Shown in pieces: positions 11,901-21,433 of a DNA stretch of 43,452 nt (the first letter of the stretch is position 1; each line of letters begins with the position of its first letter). The notes under the pieces are model-generated. The model ran no database searches. It saw only the letters and a list, made by a program, of their open reading frames with translations, and was not told the DNA's origin. The position numbers were made by a program, and so were the translations under genes. Origin of the DNA: a virus (taxonomy: Duplodnaviria > Heunggongvirae > Uroviricota > Caudoviricetes); the IMG/VR virus record IMGVR_UViG_3300042348_001111, positions 1 through 43,452 of that record. One strand, given 5' to 3'.

Positions 11901-13319
11901 AATCAGCGCTTGGCCAGCTTTAGAGTTAATGACCATTACGTTTTCTGCAGCTTCTGTCATAAACTTGTTGGCAGGAATAAACCTGTTAAACAAATTTCCA
12001 AACTGAAGTTTGTTGGTAGCAAGAAGCAATCCTAGGTTGGTGTTATAGTTAGAAGTACTTGCCTGCATGGCAAGACTTCTCATTTCTTCAAACTCTTTAG
12101 CTGTAGGTACAGCTCCATCGTTGTCTACCTGATACTGCTTGACCATTTTGTCCAGTGTATCACCATAAGAGGTAACTGCTTCAAAACTCGCCTCTGTACT
12201 GGACATGTTAAGTTCCTGTGCCACACGGCGTAGTCCCTGCAGTCCTACACCTATCATTTGACCTGTAGATGCTCCTGCTTTAGACGCAGCTGCAAGTTTT
12301 TCACCGTAGCGTACACCGGTACCCACCAGCGGTGTTCCTTTTAGTAAGTTAGTGGCAACTTCTCCCAAGTTTTTTGACTTGGCAATGTTGAAAAAATTAT
12401 TAGAGTACACAGTGAACGTCTCAGACATTGAGTCACGTAATGCGCTGCGGCTCATGTTACCAAGTGCTGCTGTTTCATCAATCTTTGCTGCAACTTTTGC
12501 AGCTGCAGAAATTTCGTCAGCACTTTTGTTGGCATAAGAAAATCCTTTGCCTACATCTGCAAGTGCATCTGCAAATCTAAATCCTGATTTTGCTGTCTGT
12601 GCAGCAGCTTGTTTTGCACCTAACCGTGCAGCTGTTGCACCAAAACTTACAGCACCCGCACCACCGGTTGCAGCTGTAATGGCAATATCTGCTGCAATTT
12701 CAATACCAAGACCTGCAAAGGTTCCTAAAGCAAAGCCAGCATTACCAATAAACTCACTCATGGTGCGCTTAGAAAAAATGCTGTCTTCGTTTTCCGGTTG
12801 CTCAAACACAAAGTTGCGCTTCATGTCAAGCTGATCTTTATAGTACTGCGTGGCAAGCGTTTCTTCATCAGGCTTCATGCGGTCCCAGTCCATGTGAACT
12901 AGCGCATCTGCCATACGTCCATATCCTTTCCAGTAGTCTACAAAAGTGTTTCCAAACTTGTAAGCAAAACTGTCAAGGCCTTTACTCAGGGCTGACCCAA
13001 ATGTTTCGCGATCAGCAAACTTTTGATAATTGGTGCTGTCAAGTGGATTAAAAAAATCACCCTGAAAATCTTTCTGGTAACGATAAGGATCTACTGACTG
13101 ATCTGGAGCATATGTAAAAGTAGAAGGTCCTACCGGCGCATTGAAACGCTCTGTCAAAGACTGCGGACGTGATGCCTGCTGTCTTTCAAAGTTGCTCTGC
13201 TGATTAAGTTTTTGAAATGCTACAGAAAACTCATCAGTCTGAGGTTCTTTGCCCGCAGATTCATTACCTTCAACACCAAGTGTGTTATCGTCCAAAAAGT
13301 TAAAAACATTGTCAGCCAT
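8985..13319 (-). CDS. Large putative ejected cargo protein (1444 aa) with Gly/Ala-rich hydrophobic segment
   Basis: Long ORF directly upstream of the vRNAP. Contains IGNAGFALGTFAGLGIEIAADIAITAATGGAGAVSFG, helical-looking regions and a Pro/Glu-rich linker. Function inferred from crAss-like synteny. Confidence 0.7.
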   Translation of the reverse strand: MADNVFNFLDDNTLGVEGNESAGKEPQTDEFSVAFQKLNQQSNFERQQASRPQSLTERFNAPVGPSTFTYAPDQSVDPYRYQKDFQGDFFNPLDSTNYQKFADRETFGSALSKGLDSFAYKFGNTFVDYWKGYGRMADALVHMDWDRMKPDEETLATQYYKDQLDMKRNFVFEQPENEDSIFSKRTMSEFIGNAGFALGTFAGLGIEIAADIAITAATGGAGAVSFGATAARLGAKQAAAQTAKSGFRFADALADVGKGFSYANKSADEISAAAKVAAKIDETAALGNMSRSALRDSMSETFTVYSNNFFNIAKSKNLGEVATNLLKGTPLVGTGVRYGEKLAAASKAGASTGQMIGVGLQGLRRVAQELNMSSTEASFEAVTSYGDTLDKMVKQYQVDNDGAVPTAKEFEEMRSLAMQASTSNYNTNLGLLLATNKLQFGNLFNRFIPANKFMTEAAENVMVINSKAGQALIDKSGFFGSYGVLGKVAKEFGKKEAALQFSKAFAKDFFKFEVSEGLQENLQETSATAWRDYYAGQFNGLETSLSDAFGKGASEQFTKQGLKTFLMGAFTGSLIRMPTALASSSFEAANRALINREYAKTPELNPYKRAEEQFKKDLEIQNALFKQAKEGTFKEKVVNFVAQTDAAQQQSEAAAKGLRYEFENGRDNALLAAVASAQRTNSVSMLQRAIKDMGKEMTAEEFEKSFGVKLEDTKYNSASEFSEAVAKDIKKYSDVIEGLRTKFKSTMVNPAQYDAGSRGQYVATLMRGAQEEAIQVLALNAIKGDMSANRAKQIAEELMSAPGIGTSADYALRALTSATSLEGEGKSLYTEIVMLKEQLKAEGLDAETKNRIKEQLDSKIKEEKLLSKWASYWEVRESIVGYNKDDEPLKSKQITDVFVGKAIDKTQTLTDENGNEIETVERTFNPTDPEVIETFRQLMNIKNKQAGNTTDISEEVMRDSFQMIYDYIRLDRDTKDYMRSVDVLMNPDNFRQMQERMVDGKFKFNLIVYIGKLEDDLDNRTSEILNDLAPGEQDAINIINDLRSALVDSENYKNLLVIITNPDMSIEQEDYAFKLYEGVVQNLLKKEAEIRVKYAPKEYTDDISQEDYDEIIATGELDPVIKYLIAEKLLQGIALSEREEKVYKIHKDAIDKEVAPSETPITSGTTVDPAEQTPAEELPPVITIGPDGEEVIEETPTIEAKSSQTSETFIDSVDEANAAFLGMGISQQTPIIEPEIVEEQETPFAATGTEEQGYDVVDRSNNTVNAEKIPDAEQAMQLAESMNTTRADLDFVQKLMGTTDTAVVTKALEIFQKSMEQYNKRKKTGFTTLEEYYKTPDGKRLIDANKEALITGKPVNYKQKPVAVAVNPVTNQITLFDSPSTGNVASLTLSSLESLHAKVKEFREQALQDPTKFSKFVETGNVPSAPITEASILNKLQDITRCFS

Positions 13320-13325
13320 TATTAC

Positions 13326-15971
13326 TTAACGTTGTTGGTTAGTAAATTCCTCATACTTAGTTGTGCTCATAGTGTAATTGGCATCTATTTCAGCAATAAA
13401 CTTTAGCACAGCATCAATAGACTCTACGTTGCCAGGTTGATAAGGCATACGCTCTGTCATTTGTTCTATTCTTTTAGTCTTTGGGTTTATATATTCAAAG
13501 TTGACCATAATTTCTGGCTGTCCATTTTTGCCAACCACACCTTGTGCAGTCCAGTCAAAACCTCTTTTACTAGAATGAGCAGGCGCCATTACTGTAGCAG
13601 AAGGATTATTAAGGAATGGTGTTAACACACCTAATGATGTGGTGTTTGCTGTATTAACATTAACATACTTTTCAAAACGACCATATGCACCTCTAGAAGA
13701 TTGAATGGTTTCATAAGGAATAGCCACTGTCAAACTTTGAGTACCTTTACTTACACCAAGTCTCTTAGCAAGTTCACCTTGCTGGCTGACATTAAGTTGT
13801 ACTTTTACTTGGCGATTAACCGCATCAAACAATACATCTGCTTCATTACCAAAAAGTTTTGCTAAATCAGCAGTATTCATGTTCTTGAATAATTCAGGAT
13901 TAATAGTATTGCCATCAGAAGCTACTACACTAGAAGCGCCATAAGGATTTCTTAAAAGCAAATCAACCTCTGCAGCAGAAAGTTTTGTGTAGTTGTAACG
14001 ATTTAGAACAGGATTTTCACGATTTTTAAAACCAGAAATCATATTTCTAAGATTAGCTTTACCTGCTTCACTTACAGCACTCAAGTCAATATCTTTAATT
14101 TGACCACCGGCACCACTGCGTACTACAGCACCTTTATAGATGCTTTTAATACTTCCATCAGGATTAAATATTTCTTCAGCTACGCGATTGATGTCCTGTT
14201 CAAGCTTTTCATTTTGCATTGTAATACCTTGAAAAGCACGCATGCTTTTGCGAAATGACTCCATGTAAGGATTAAGCTTAGAAGTTTTCTGTGCACGAAC
14301 ATACTTGTCCAGTTGTTCTGTAGCTGCATTGTAGGTTAAACCTGCAAAACTTTCAAGTAGTGCATTAGCTGTACGCGCACTGTTAGGAACACCAATCTTT
14401 ACACCTACCATTTTGCCATATTCTTGCAAATTAGTCACGTCTTGTTGTGTAAGTTTTACATTTTGTCCGGCACCCATATTTTTGAGTTTTGCAATGCTAG
14501 AGTAAAACCTACTGTACTCATTAGGATTATTTACTACAAGTTTCATTAACCCATTTTCTGAGTTAAATGCTGCAAGATATGCCTGATCGCGATTTTCTGC
14601 AGTAGACTGACTTAACATATCAGCAGCATAAAGCGGCTTGTCTGCTACAGCACTTCCTACAAATGTTTCACCAGGAAGTTTGCCATCGGCTTTAAGTTCA
14701 AGCATTTTTAACTCATTGGCCATACCTGTTTTTTGCATGTCCCACTGAAGCTTTCGTTCCTGCATAGCAAGATTGTTTGAAGCAACACGCTCACGTGAGG
14801 CAATGTTTGCCTTAGTAGCCCATGTAGTGTCAGGACGCATTTCAACAGACTGTTTGGCAGTAGCATATGTCTGTGCAAAAGAAAGCGCTGTCTGCTCTTT
14901 AGCAGCTCTAGAAAAAATGCTATACAAATTAGATGCCACATACTGAGCACCCTCTGTTTGCAATTTACCTACTTCACTGCGTGAGTTTTCAAGTTCTACG
15001 TTATACTGATCACGCGCTTCTATCAGTTTTTGGTACTCTTCTGCAATCTCTGGTTTTGTAGGAGGAAAGCCATTTGGATATTCTTTTTCAAAAAACTTAA
15101 TTTCACTTTCTAGTTTTGTAAGTTCTTTGTCTGCAGTAATGCCTTTGGTAGATTCTTGAACATTGATCTGTGGTACTAGTTTGCTGGATATAGTTCTTAC
15201 AGCTTCGTCCCTGGACACACCCATGGTCTGCATTGTATTTCGTATAGCACTCTCAGCGTTTACTCTTCCCATAACTCCAAATTGCCTGTCAAAACGCTGA
15301 CCCATTACAGATGCTGCCCAATTGTTAAAAATAGGAACAGCACCTATGCCGTTTGTACGCTTAAGCATGTATCCTCTTCCATCAGGACCGCTTTGTGTAA
15401 TCTCTAATCCTTGTTTTTTGGCTTCTGTTCTTAAATACTCTTGCACATCCTCAAAAGGTGTGAACTCTCTTGGTTGCACCTGGCGAATACTTCCATCACC
15501 GCGTTTAGCGTTGGCAAGATCTTCTTCTGCAAACTGAATGTCCATACGTGAAATGTCATTATACAAAGCACGCATCTTAGGGTCTGTAGAGTTACGGTAA
15601 GTTTCCATTATCTGCTTCTGTTTGGCATGATACTTTGTAACAGCCATATCATAAGCAACATCCTCGTCTTTACTTATAGGATCAATTAAAGTTTGAGCGC
15701 GCATTACATTTGATGGATTTGACAAATCCACATTAGACATGCTTTTCAAAGAACCTTGTAGTTTCTTAAAAGCTTCTTGTCTAAAATTTTGATTATCACT
15801 ATTTGTAAGCGGACTGTTTAGTACAGAACTGTACAGTGACTTGACCATGTTAAACCCACGATCGTATTGCGCCTGCTTGGTACCATAAACCTGAGTTAAA
15901 AACTGATAGTCAGGTCTGTACAGCTGAAGCGCACCAAATTGATCAGTTACGCCTTTTATAAAAGTTGCCAT
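13326..15971 (-). CDS. Putative virion cargo protein (881 aa)
   Basis: Long ORF starting MATFIKGVTD...YRPDYQFLTQVYGTKQAQYDRGF, helical/coiled-coil character, located in the cargo block. Confidence 0.65.
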   Translation of the reverse strand: MATFIKGVTDQFGALQLYRPDYQFLTQVYGTKQAQYDRGFNMVKSLYSSVLNSPLTNSDNQNFRQEAFKKLQGSLKSMSNVDLSNPSNVMRAQTLIDPISKDEDVAYDMAVTKYHAKQKQIMETYRNSTDPKMRALYNDISRMDIQFAEEDLANAKRGDGSIRQVQPREFTPFEDVQEYLRTEAKKQGLEITQSGPDGRGYMLKRTNGIGAVPIFNNWAASVMGQRFDRQFGVMGRVNAESAIRNTMQTMGVSRDEAVRTISSKLVPQINVQESTKGITADKELTKLESEIKFFEKEYPNGFPPTKPEIAEEYQKLIEARDQYNVELENSRSEVGKLQTEGAQYVASNLYSIFSRAAKEQTALSFAQTYATAKQSVEMRPDTTWATKANIASRERVASNNLAMQERKLQWDMQKTGMANELKMLELKADGKLPGETFVGSAVADKPLYAADMLSQSTAENRDQAYLAAFNSENGLMKLVVNNPNEYSRFYSSIAKLKNMGAGQNVKLTQQDVTNLQEYGKMVGVKIGVPNSARTANALLESFAGLTYNAATEQLDKYVRAQKTSKLNPYMESFRKSMRAFQGITMQNEKLEQDINRVAEEIFNPDGSIKSIYKGAVVRSGAGGQIKDIDLSAVSEAGKANLRNMISGFKNRENPVLNRYNYTKLSAAEVDLLLRNPYGASSVVASDGNTINPELFKNMNTADLAKLFGNEADVLFDAVNRQVKVQLNVSQQGELAKRLGVSKGTQSLTVAIPYETIQSSRGAYGRFEKYVNVNTANTTSLGVLTPFLNNPSATVMAPAHSSKRGFDWTAQGVVGKNGQPEIMVNFEYINPKTKRIEQMTERMPYQPGNVESIDAVLKFIAEIDANYTMSTTKYEEFTNQQR

Positions 15972-15992
15972 GTAAAATCTGTGCTTTAAGTT

Positions 15993-18900
15993 TTAGTCAA
16001 GTTCCACCCAGGGCAAATACATCTCACCACCATATTCGCGTAATGGAACAGGTAATGTCAGTCCTTGTGCAGACATTTGATTGAATTGTTGACGAGGAGT
16101 AATTCCCATGACTTGTCTTTGCTGAGCTGACATCATTTGATTTACAGAGTTAGTAGCATAGCGCTTAGCTTCTTGATCTCCCATAGTTCCTCTAGCTTCT
16201 TGATAAATTTGGTTCCACTGGTCAACATTTGCTATAGGGTTCATAGCTACCTGGCGTGACATGTCTGCATACGCTGGTGAGTAAGTGTCAGGACCAAGAG
16301 CATCACGACTCTGACCAGAAAAATCTGCATTACCTGTGATAGGATCAATGTATACTTGAGGAAACAATACTTGTTCCATTTGTTTTTTGCGAAACCAGTT
16401 AGTAGTGCCGTTGTTGAACGCTGCAATTTGACGCCACTTCTTTTGCTGTTCTGCATTATCCATCTGCTGATTCAACGTGGCCATGTCTTCTACATATTTC
16501 TGACGACCAGTTTCATTAGCAACAGCTTCCTGATTGTTGATCTGGGCATTAGTCATGTAAGCTTGGTTGACAATACCTACATTGCGGTTTTCTGTATCTG
16601 CAAGTACATTAGCTGCATTAGCAAAACCTTGACCTGATGCACCTAACATAGAAGCCAATGCTACATTACCATCAGTTGTGTTCATTGCTTGTTCTTGCAA
16701 ACGAGCCATTTGCTCTTGATTAGCAGCAAGTTGACGTGTAGGATCAAGAACTGTGTAACCAGGTGTCTGTAATTCTACTCTTCCTTGAGTAGGTTCATAG
16801 CGGTTTACCCTATCAGTAAGTGTTCCTGTAAAGTTTACAATATCTTGTAACCACCATGGTCCTTGTTTGCGAGGTTGTGCAGGTGCGGCTTCTCCTACAG
16901 CAATGTTAACTGGTTTCTTAGGTTCTTCTTTAGGAGTTTCTTTATTAGCTTGCTCTACAGGTGCATCAAAAAAACGCGGAACAGAATAGGTTACTTGACC
17001 AAACTTACTGTCACGTTTGTAAGGTGAGTTATTAGCACTACTTGCATCAGCAAAATAGGGAACCCCAAATTGCTGCATGCTTTTTTCATTAATCTTATCC
17101 TGAAACCAACCTGCAGCTTTGTCACCGGTTTCTTGACCAGCAATCAAATCTTTTTTGTACTGCTCAAAACCACCAGCATACTCTTTGTCTACCCAATCAC
17201 CATGGCGATCTTTAAAATCCTGCCATTCTTTTTCAGAAAGATTACCACTATTACGTGCTGCAGCATTACCAGAAGACATGTATATCCCTGTATTACCCAT
17301 TCTAGGTTGATTACCAAAAGAACCAAAGTTTGTTTCAGTGTAACGCACATTGGGTGTTTTGGCAAGCAACTGATTTATGTTTTGAGAACCATATTGTGAA
17401 AACTGCGTGTCTGTTCTGGTACCAGACATAATAATCTTTCCATTGACATCTTTAATGTATTTCTGGTCACCTTTGTAAAAACGATAAAAAGTCTCACCGT
17501 CCTTTGTGTACTGACCCATTGCAATTTCTTGGTTAGGATCAATGCGTTGATTAGGTGTGTTCTGTACTTCCGGCTGATTTGCAGCAGTTGTAGTCGTACT
17601 ACCTGTCTGTCCAGCATCTTGATATTGATTCAATACAAAACCTCCTGTTCTAAAAGAATTAAATGCTTCATATGCAGCATCTGACACGCCAGCGGGCTTA
17701 GCAACTTTTGTTTTAGGTGCTGAAGATGCGGGGATTGCAGTATTTTTAGGTGCAGTAGCTTGAGTATTTGTGTTAGTTACTGCAGAAGCAGAAGTAGACT
17801 TGGGTTCTTCAATTTTAGTAGTTCCTCCAGGAACGTCAGCACCAGGCGCCTGATTTTGAGAACCAGAATTTGCAATACTTACAAAATCAAATGTATTGTT
17901 TTTTACAGATCTGCTAATAAAATCATTGCTTAAATTTTTAGCAGTACCTACACGTTTTCCATTTTTGTCAATTTCAAAAACTTTAACAGCAGGTGTGTAA
18001 CTATTACCAGGACTTACTTCTGTAAATATTCCAGTAGTTGGACTTGACATGTATGTTCCTCGAGCAGAACTTACATTTGCTGCAAAAGGATCTTCAACTT
18101 CATAAAGCTTTCCGTCAGCATAAAACTTACTTCCTTTTGCAAAACGTTGACCGGCTATTGTTTCTTCATTTGAATCATAATAACTTTTGCCTTCTTGTGA
18201 ACTTGTTACAAACGCACGATTTACACGACCTTCTTTATATCCCAAGTCAACAGGTTTACCTGAATCAATTCTTTTTTTAAGGTCTTTTGAGTTAGTCTTG
18301 TAATATCTACCATCTTCTGATTTAAAAGTTACAATATCCCCTGTACCCCAAAAATCAGCATCTTCATGCTTTTGATAAGTAAAAGGCACATTGTTAATGT
18401 AAATAGTAGTTTGAGGAGTATACTTTAGATTAAACCCACCCTCTTGAAGTTTTTTTACACCACCATACTTTGCATCTGACATCTCAGCTTCACCTTCTGG
18501 TTGCAGTCCTGCCATTACTGAATCAGCAATTGCAGGAACACCATCAGGAAAACCTTTCATAGACTCTTGTACAAGAGCTAGCATACCCAGCTTTTCCATA
18601 TTGTTAGCAAGCATCTGCGTAGCAGAACGCTTTGTAATTGCGTCAGCGTCAGGGTTTTTTAGATCCTGGATATACTGGTTAATCTGATAACGCTTAGCAA
18701 TTTCAGCAGGTGTGTATCCTCCTGCTTTACCACCCATTCCAAATACTTCTTTGAGAATCTCTTTATCTTTAATCTTGAGTTTCTTAGTATCTGAAAAAAT
18801 AAATGATCCTTCAGGAATGTTTACAGGCATCCCTCCGTTTGAATGACGTTTGCCTACAAAAGTCATATGCTCAAGAAATCCATCGCGATTAACATCACCC

Positions 18901-19079
18901 ACCACTGTTTCACCACCCTCTACCTCAATATTTGCTTCTTCTATGGGTACTGCACCCATAGTATTTTTTACAGGAGCATTGGTATTACCCTCACCAATAT
19001 AATGTACTTGCCTGTGTACCAATGAGTAATCTCTTTGGTCTCCAGTTTTAGGTGACTTTGTTATCCTTATATTTTTCAT
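15993..19079 (-). CDS. Putative virion cargo protein (1028 aa), crAss-like cargo type
   Basis: N-terminal NIEVEGGETV...GKRHSNGGMPVNIPEGSFIFSD block that I recognise from crAss-like cargo proteins, x-x-x-GG motifs, low-complexity linkers and a Gln/Asn-rich coiled-coil C-terminal half. Confidence 0.65.
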   Translation of the reverse strand: MKNIRITKSPKTGDQRDYSLVHRQVHYIGEGNTNAPVKNTMGAVPIEEANIEVEGGETVVGDVNRDGFLEHMTFVGKRHSNGGMPVNIPEGSFIFSDTKKLKIKDKEILKEVFGMGGKAGGYTPAEIAKRYQINQYIQDLKNPDADAITKRSATQMLANNMEKLGMLALVQESMKGFPDGVPAIADSVMAGLQPEGEAEMSDAKYGGVKKLQEGGFNLKYTPQTTIYINNVPFTYQKHEDADFWGTGDIVTFKSEDGRYYKTNSKDLKKRIDSGKPVDLGYKEGRVNRAFVTSSQEGKSYYDSNEETIAGQRFAKGSKFYADGKLYEVEDPFAANVSSARGTYMSSPTTGIFTEVSPGNSYTPAVKVFEIDKNGKRVGTAKNLSNDFISRSVKNNTFDFVSIANSGSQNQAPGADVPGGTTKIEEPKSTSASAVTNTNTQATAPKNTAIPASSAPKTKVAKPAGVSDAAYEAFNSFRTGGFVLNQYQDAGQTGSTTTTAANQPEVQNTPNQRIDPNQEIAMGQYTKDGETFYRFYKGDQKYIKDVNGKIIMSGTRTDTQFSQYGSQNINQLLAKTPNVRYTETNFGSFGNQPRMGNTGIYMSSGNAAARNSGNLSEKEWQDFKDRHGDWVDKEYAGGFEQYKKDLIAGQETGDKAAGWFQDKINEKSMQQFGVPYFADASSANNSPYKRDSKFGQVTYSVPRFFDAPVEQANKETPKEEPKKPVNIAVGEAAPAQPRKQGPWWLQDIVNFTGTLTDRVNRYEPTQGRVELQTPGYTVLDPTRQLAANQEQMARLQEQAMNTTDGNVALASMLGASGQGFANAANVLADTENRNVGIVNQAYMTNAQINNQEAVANETGRQKYVEDMATLNQQMDNAEQQKKWRQIAAFNNGTTNWFRKKQMEQVLFPQVYIDPITGNADFSGQSRDALGPDTYSPAYADMSRQVAMNPIANVDQWNQIYQEARGTMGDQEAKRYATNSVNQMMSAQQRQVMGITPRQQFNQMSAQGLTLPVPLREYGGEMYLPWVELD

Positions 19080-19081
19080 AA

Positions 19082-19098
19082 TAAACTTCTGAAGTTTA
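19082..19098. promoter_or_regulatory. Perfect 17-bp palindrome TAAACTTC-T-GAAGTTTA just upstream of the 1028-aa gene
   Basis: 8-bp inverted repeat with a 1-nt centre, read directly, 2 nt from the ATG at 19079. Confidence 0.35.
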
Positions 19099-19120
19099 AA
19101 CTTGTGTGACCTTAAACCTC

Positions 19121-19137
19121 CTACATTTAGAATTTAC
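19121..19137 (-). promoter_or_regulatory. Candidate phage promoter/operator motif GTAAATTCTAAATGTAG (copy 1)
   Basis: Intergenic; near-identical copies at 31761-31778 and 37005-37020, all oriented with the genes. Confidence 0.5.
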
Positions 19138-19185
19138 GAATTTAATTCTGTTTTTCCTAACATGCAAGACTTAAAAATACAATGT

Positions 19186-21432
19186 TTAGTTTATGTATTC
19201 TATCTGACCACCATTGGCCAAAATAGCTTCAATTTCATCTTCTGAAAGATAGTATTCTCCACCTTCTTCATAAAATTTTGTTCCACCGTATTTTGCAGAT
19301 GCCATACTTGTACCAAAATCTTGAATAGGTGTGTTAGCAATTAACGCAAAATTACTACCAGGACCAGCATTCAATGTGTAGTTTCCAAAAGGATTAACAG
19401 CATTTGATGCGTTATACCGGTTGTCAGTATTTCCTGTTCTACGCAACATCTCTTCATATTCTTTAGCATAATCACGTTCACTAAGAACATCATTTAACAT
19501 TCCCAAGCCCGCAATAGCATTATTAGCAGCAAGTTGTCCAAACGGATCACCATATGTTGTTTGTAGAACCTGTGGCATTTGCAAGTTCTGTGGCGTTTGC
19601 AAATAAGGATTTGCAGTTTTAATCTGTGGTTCAGGTACTGGAACCTGAACAACTTGACGCACCGGCATTTTAGATAATTGCGGCGTTACAGGAACATTTG
19701 CCAAAGGATTAGCGACTATTGACGGAGTTCTCTGAAGTTGGTTAAACATGTTACGAGGCGCAACTTGAGGTAGTATAGGTTGAAGAGCCGGTGCGGCAGG
19801 TCTAGATACTTCTGAAACTGACAACGGTGTCATAGGTGTTACAGAACTTGTTCTTGGTGATTGTCCTTCAGGAGTACTCATGTTTAAAGAACCTATAAAA
19901 GAATTTAAGTAGTTCTGATAACCTGCAATATCATTACGTCTAAATACAGGGTTTTCTGCAGCCCATTCTTGAAATGTTTTAGCTTTTTGACCACCTGCTT
20001 GATATTTTACAGTTTGACTATAAGGATTATTGTTTACACCAAGTAGTTTACTGTAACCTAACCCTGCACCAGAAAGACCCGCAGCAGCTCCAGCAATGCC
20101 TTTAAGTGTGCCTAAAAATCCTCTATTGGGCAATGCCCACATCATGTTGCGAGGATCAGCCAACGTATTTGCAGTCATAAGACTTTTGTTCAACGCATTT
20201 GGAGCAAGATTTGCAAGAGTATTCTCATAATTTGCAGTTATTGCACCACCCTCTGCCCAGGTCCCAAAACGCTTGTGCCAATACAATGGAGAAAATGGAT
20301 CTTTTGCTTTTGAAGAATCTCTACCACCCATGCGATCCCAAAAACGCTCTTTGCGTTTAGGATTGCGATGTTGTGTAAAATCTTTCATTCCCTTCCAACC
20401 ACCATGTACCACTTTGTACTGATCACCTTTCTTTGCAAGCACCATCCACTTTTTACCAGGACGCGTTGACTTTCGTTTAGCACCTACTCTTGTGAAACCC
20501 ATAGTACGGTAACGCTGAGGAATACCACCGCCGTCTTTATACTGGGTCAAATCATAAATTTCACCACCAAGTTCTCTAGCAAAGTTTTTAGCAAAGTTTG
20601 CTTTCTTTACCATAGCAGGTGAGTACTTTTCTTTATGACGCAAAATGTAGTCTGCAGCTTCCTGTACGCTCATACCCATTCTAGTAGCCTGTGCTTTGAA
20701 AGTGCCTTTTTTAGCAGGATTAATTTTGATAGAACCACCCTTACGCATTTTTTCTGCAGAATCTATAGAATAAAGTTCTTCATCATCTTCTGCTATTTGC
20801 TCCTGCATCATTTGATCTTCTTGGTCTTCAAACTCCTGCATTTCATCATTGTTCATAGGAACATCTTCTTCTTCCATATCTGTCTCTTCAAGACCTTCCA
20901 TGGCTTCTTCTAAGATGTCTAGAGCATAGTCTTCTTCCACACCGTTTTCTATGAGCATGCCATAAATCTCGTTAGGATCATCGCCCTGCATAATCATCTT
21001 TGAAATCTCACCAATTGCAGCATTCAAGTCAGGTTGTTCCTGACCACTCTGATACATTTGGTCATTTTCTCCACCCTCCTGGTAAAACATCTCCATTGGG
21101 TTTACACTGTATTCTGCAATAGGACCACCTTGAGACATCTGTCCACCGCATTCCATGCAACCACCCATTTCTGCTTTGCGCCATCCACCACCACGCTCTT
21201 TGTACCACTTGGCAGCAAAACCATTCGCGTAGGCTGAAGGGTACACATCGTACTTTTGTTTTGCAGCAGCTTTTGCTCTGCTCCACAATTCTGGATTGGT
21301 GGGCACATTGCCACCATCCTTCATCATGTTTGCTTCAGGATATGCTGCAAAGAATGACGCTTCAGTAGGATACTTTTCGTAAAACTCTTTTTCAGAATTT
21401 ACACCAGCTATTTTTAGAAATTGTGTTTTCAT
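19186..21432 (-). CDS. Modular putative virion protein (748 aa): small basic modules, acidic tract and Pro/Gln-rich tract separated by x-x-x-GG motifs
   Basis: About 12 GG motifs. Modules include PTNPELW..PSAYA..YKERGGGW, IKINPAKKGTF..KANFAKN, and KSTRPGKKWMV..VHGG..DFTQH..RKERFWDRM. Confidence 0.7.
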   Translation of the reverse strand: MKTQFLKIAGVNSEKEFYEKYPTEASFFAAYPEANMMKDGGNVPTNPELWSRAKAAAKQKYDVYPSAYANGFAAKWYKERGGGWRKAEMGGCMECGGQMSQGGPIAEYSVNPMEMFYQEGGENDQMYQSGQEQPDLNAAIGEISKMIMQGDDPNEIYGMLIENGVEEDYALDILEEAMEGLEETDMEEEDVPMNNDEMQEFEDQEDQMMQEQIAEDDEELYSIDSAEKMRKGGSIKINPAKKGTFKAQATRMGMSVQEAADYILRHKEKYSPAMVKKANFAKNFARELGGEIYDLTQYKDGGGIPQRYRTMGFTRVGAKRKSTRPGKKWMVLAKKGDQYKVVHGGWKGMKDFTQHRNPKRKERFWDRMGGRDSSKAKDPFSPLYWHKRFGTWAEGGAITANYENTLANLAPNALNKSLMTANTLADPRNMMWALPNRGFLGTLKGIAGAAAGLSGAGLGYSKLLGVNNNPYSQTVKYQAGGQKAKTFQEWAAENPVFRRNDIAGYQNYLNSFIGSLNMSTPEGQSPRTSSVTPMTPLSVSEVSRPAAPALQPILPQVAPRNMFNQLQRTPSIVANPLANVPVTPQLSKMPVRQVVQVPVPEPQIKTANPYLQTPQNLQMPQVLQTTYGDPFGQLAANNAIAGLGMLNDVLSERDYAKEYEEMLRRTGNTDNRYNASNAVNPFGNYTLNAGPGSNFALIANTPIQDFGTSMASAKYGGTKFYEEGGEYYLSEDEIEAILANGGQIEYIN

Positions 21433-21433
21433 C

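Noticed and set aside
21394-21402. Fourth GTAAATTCT match
   Set aside because: Inside coding sequence (GVNSE) and lacks the downstream TGTA half of the motif.
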